Assembly (NCBI GenBank): GCA_963662665.2
Contig: CAXXJS010000040.1
Location: 1-64,000 of the forward strand
Reading direction: 5' to 3'
Source: Candidatus Latescibacterota bacterium
GTDB lineage: Bacteria; Latescibacterota; UBA2968; GCA-2709665
DNA: 64,000 nucleotides
Position numbers and translations under genes: made by a program. The notes beneath the pieces were generated by a model that ran no database searches, was not told the DNA's origin, and saw nothing but the letters and a program-made list of their open reading frames with translations. This document shows, piece after piece, positions 61,421-64,000 of the stretch (positions are counted from its first letter, which is position 1; each line of letters begins with the position of its first letter).

Positions 61421-63400
61421 TCAATACCACTTGTGGACGACGTGTCCCCGGTTCGGAAACCAGATCGCGTCCACCAGCATCCCCGCCGTCACGGCGAGGA
61501 TGTATCCCACGAGCATCCCCAGGAAGAAAGGCATCGACCGCCGGTAGAACGCCACCCCGCCTGTCTTCAGCATGATCAGCTTCGCCAGCCACGCCACAAG
61601 CAGTGTGGACCCCATGCGTCGCGCTGCCGGGATTCCGGAAAGCGCAAAGCCGATCGGGTGAACCGGCCACCTGGCGAACCGGTAGCGCATCATATTCACA
61701 ACGACCATAGTCCCGGCGCCGATCAGCAGAAACCAGTAATCGATCGCCTCCATGCTCGCCGGGTTCAGTATCTCGTTTACGGTCATTCCGTACTGCCATT
61801 CGCCTTCGTAGATGATCAGCCAGTTGGGCCGGAAATTATACGCGCCTACGTTGTATCCCAACCAGATCGTGTACAGGGTCGAACTGACCACCCCTACGAC
61901 AAATGCCGCGAACACCCCCCAGAAGAGCCGGTGTTTGTCCTTTCCCACAAAATCACCCAGCCTGTTGATCTGCGCAACCATCGGCATGATAAAGCTCCTG
62001 GGGTGGCTGACCGTGAACGACAGCAGGCCGAAGGTTGCGCGCGTGGACGCAGTCAGGGCCCCCGCGCCGCCAAAAAGCGCACCGGAGAGTTCCCAGGCGG
62101 ACGCGGGCGGCTGGATATAGATGATTCCCGAATCGGCCACGACCTTGGCCACGAAGATATAGGCGATGAACATCGTTGGAATCAGCAGGGCGATCATCCC
62201 GGCCTGTACACCCAATTGCCCCAGAAATGCCGAGACGTATACGCAGCTTGCCAGAAGGCCGATCAGCGCTGCCCGGTAGGAGAGTAACTCTCGACCGACG
62301 CCGGGCGAAGACCCGCGCGCCCGAAGCGCGCTCCGGACGACTTCGCGCAGGTGGTGCCGGGAAATCCAGATCCACCAGAGCACCAGCGACACGAACGCTC
62401 CGGCCGCCTGCCACTTGTAGGTCGTGGTGGTATAGGGCCCGGCCCCGTAGTGAGGCGACGTGGCGACGATCCCTATCCGATTCAACGCGCCCGCCTCGAT
62501 CATATACACGAAATCGAAAAACCAGATGCTGAAAAGCACATCGAGGCTGGCGAAATAGGAAAAGCAGATGACGGGCGTACTCAGGAAGATGAAAAAGGGA
62601 GGATATTCTTTGGGAAGGAGATCCCAGATGAAGCGACCGGTTGCCGTGGGAAATGCGGGGACCATCGGGTAGAACCACGCGATCATATTCCACCAGAAGA
62701 CGATGGATGTCAGCGCGAATCCAGCCCAGAACACCTTGCCCTTCATGAACTCCGGCAGCCACCGCCTTCCGGTCCCCGCCCGCGACGTTATTTCCAGAAC
62801 TGGAGCCAGCGCCGGATATACCAGTTTTTCATGGTCCGCCCACTGGCGGTGCAGAAGGACCGAAATACAGATACACGCGAAGCCCAGTACGAAAACAAGG
62901 GAGAGCCACCAGATCAGCGGAAGACCCCAGACGTCCCACGGAACGGACGTCCTGCCCGGCAATCCTTCATAGAACCAGGACATTGCACGGCTATCGTTCG
63001 TGGGGACCAGCCACCCGGGCAGGTGCGGATGAAGATACTCCGCCCAGCGGTTCTCCGGCGTTGCGAAATAATGCGGGGACGCCATCATACCCACCAGGTA
63101 CCCGCTGACCCCGTAGTTGGGCCCGATGGCGCTGATGACCCCCATGCAGAAGACCGTGATCCATTCCGATGGCGACAGGACGAACGCGGTCCCGAACCTC
63201 CGGGCGAGTACGGCGCAGGCCAGAATCGATACCAGGCACAGCAGCAGGACGCCCATGGGAATCTGGGCGACCATCATGTACGACCCTTTCTGAATGTAAC
63301 GGGCCGTACACGCCAGCAGGCTCATAGCCACCGCGATACACATGCCGATCACGATCGACCGGAGCGTCACACGCGCTTCACGCTGTTTCTCGCCTCTCAC
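61421..63400 (-). CDS. DUF6785/DUF6784-type polytopic membrane protein (putative transporter)
   Basis: TLRS, YFATPEN, W..P, RQW...EKL.YP, WPVHPIGF, PFFLGM; many TM helices. Confidence 0.72.
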   Translation of the reverse strand: MRGEKQREARVTLRSIVIGMCIAVAMSLLACTARYIQKGSYMMVAQIPMGVLLLCLVSILACAVLARRFGTAFVLSPSEWITVFCMGVISAIGPNYGVSGYLVGMMASPHYFATPENRWAEYLHPHLPGWLVPTNDSRAMSWFYEGLPGRTSVPWDVWGLPLIWWLSLVFVLGFACICISVLLHRQWADHEKLVYPALAPVLEITSRAGTGRRWLPEFMKGKVFWAGFALTSIVFWWNMIAWFYPMVPAFPTATGRFIWDLLPKEYPPFFIFLSTPVICFSYFASLDVLFSIWFFDFVYMIEAGALNRIGIVATSPHYGAGPYTTTTYKWQAAGAFVSLVLWWIWISRHHLREVVRSALRARGSSPGVGRELLSYRAALIGLLASCVYVSAFLGQLGVQAGMIALLIPTMFIAYIFVAKVVADSGIIYIQPPASAWELSGALFGGAGALTASTRATFGLLSFTVSHPRSFIMPMVAQINRLGDFVGKDKHRLFWGVFAAFVVGVVSSTLYTIWLGYNVGAYNFRPNWLIIYEGEWQYGMTVNEILNPASMEAIDYWFLLIGAGTMVVVNMMRYRFARWPVHPIGFALSGIPAARRMGSTLLVAWLAKLIMLKTGGVAFYRRSMPFFLGMLVGYILAVTAGMLVDAIWFPNRGHVVHKWY

Positions 63401-63442
63401 GATGCGTTACTCATGGCCTTCCTTTGCGGCCGCCACGTCTCG

Positions 63443-64000
63443 TCAATCGACGGTTCCGGGCGCGAGCGGATTGAGCCACACAACGGCCCTTGAGCCCCAG
63501 TCGGTGGACATAATGTCGATGTACCGGTCGCCGTCGAGGTCCGCCAGACGGACGATATTCGGCCAGTTGAGATCTGCGCCGTCGCCAAGACGCGTGGCCT
63601 CCCACAATGTCCCGTCTCCCCTGACGTTCCGAAATACGTAGACCCCGTTTCCCCCATCGGAAGGCGCTACAATATCGAGCGATCCGTCCCGATCCACGTC
63701 ACCGACGTCGAAGGAATAGGCATGGCCCAGGCCGCCCGCGATCTCGTGAAATTTCCAATCCATCCCGGGACCAAGCCGCTCTCGCCATGCCAGATACCCG
63801 TTTCTCAGACTGGTCTCAATGCAATCCAGGTCGCCATCCGCGTCGAGGTCCGCGAATCGCGCGTGTACCTGTGAAACGGGTTTGTCGGAAAAGCGGCCCA
63901 CCCATCGTCGCACCGAATCGGGAGACGCCGCACGGATGGAATCGCGCTTCCATTCGGTTCCCTTGCCATCGGCATTGATCAGCAGGAAAGGCCGGGATGC
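63443..64000 (-). CDS. FG-GAP/VCBS repeat protein (5' end outside the window)
   Basis: ADLDADGDLD, GDVDRDGSLDIV, ADLDGDRYIDI; frame open to the window edge. Confidence 0.8.
   Translation of the reverse strand, partial: ASRPFLLINADGKGTEWKRDSIRAASPDSVRRWVGRFSDKPVSQVHARFADLDADGDLDCIETSLRNGYLAWRERLGPGMDWKFHEIAGGLGHAYSFDVGDVDRDGSLDIVAPSDGGNGVYVFRNVRGDGTLWEATRLGDGADLNWPNIVRLADLDGDRYIDIMSTDWGSRAVVWLNPLAPGTVD

Overview
GC-rich bacterial chromosome window. Gene content (C25/FlgD-tail protein, DUF2723, a short RpoD lacking region 1.1, an EF-hand/dockerin+LRR protein, a DUF6785-type transporter) suggests an FCB-superphylum organism such as Latescibacterota, possibly host-associated; this is inference only. 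Layout from left to right: (1) a partial dockerin/LRR surface protein and two tandem pseudo-receiver AraC regulators; (2) a 1916-aa gingipain/PorU-like C25 peptidase and a GT-C enzyme, downstream of a minus-strand surface-polysaccharide cluster (Wzi, WaaL/Wzy, GT2, DegT, WecA/MraY, Wzx, sulfotransferase, two GT4, epimerase); (3) a divergently transcribed PVM-like microcompartment locus (PduL, BMC-H, three BMC-P, aldehyde dehydrogenase, class II aldolase, acetate kinase) with an embedded GT-C gene and three homopolymer frameshifts; (4) housekeeping and envelope genes; (5) a heparinase/FAH/amidohydrolase cluster; (6) an unassigned minus-strand gene run (transporter, DegT, Gfo/Idh/MocA, three NodB-like proteins, nucleotidyltransferase-like protein, beta-propeller). 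A short MITE-like repeat family marks several gene junctions. No rRNA, tRNA, CRISPR array or transposase was recognised. All calls come from reading motifs by eye; no database searches were run.
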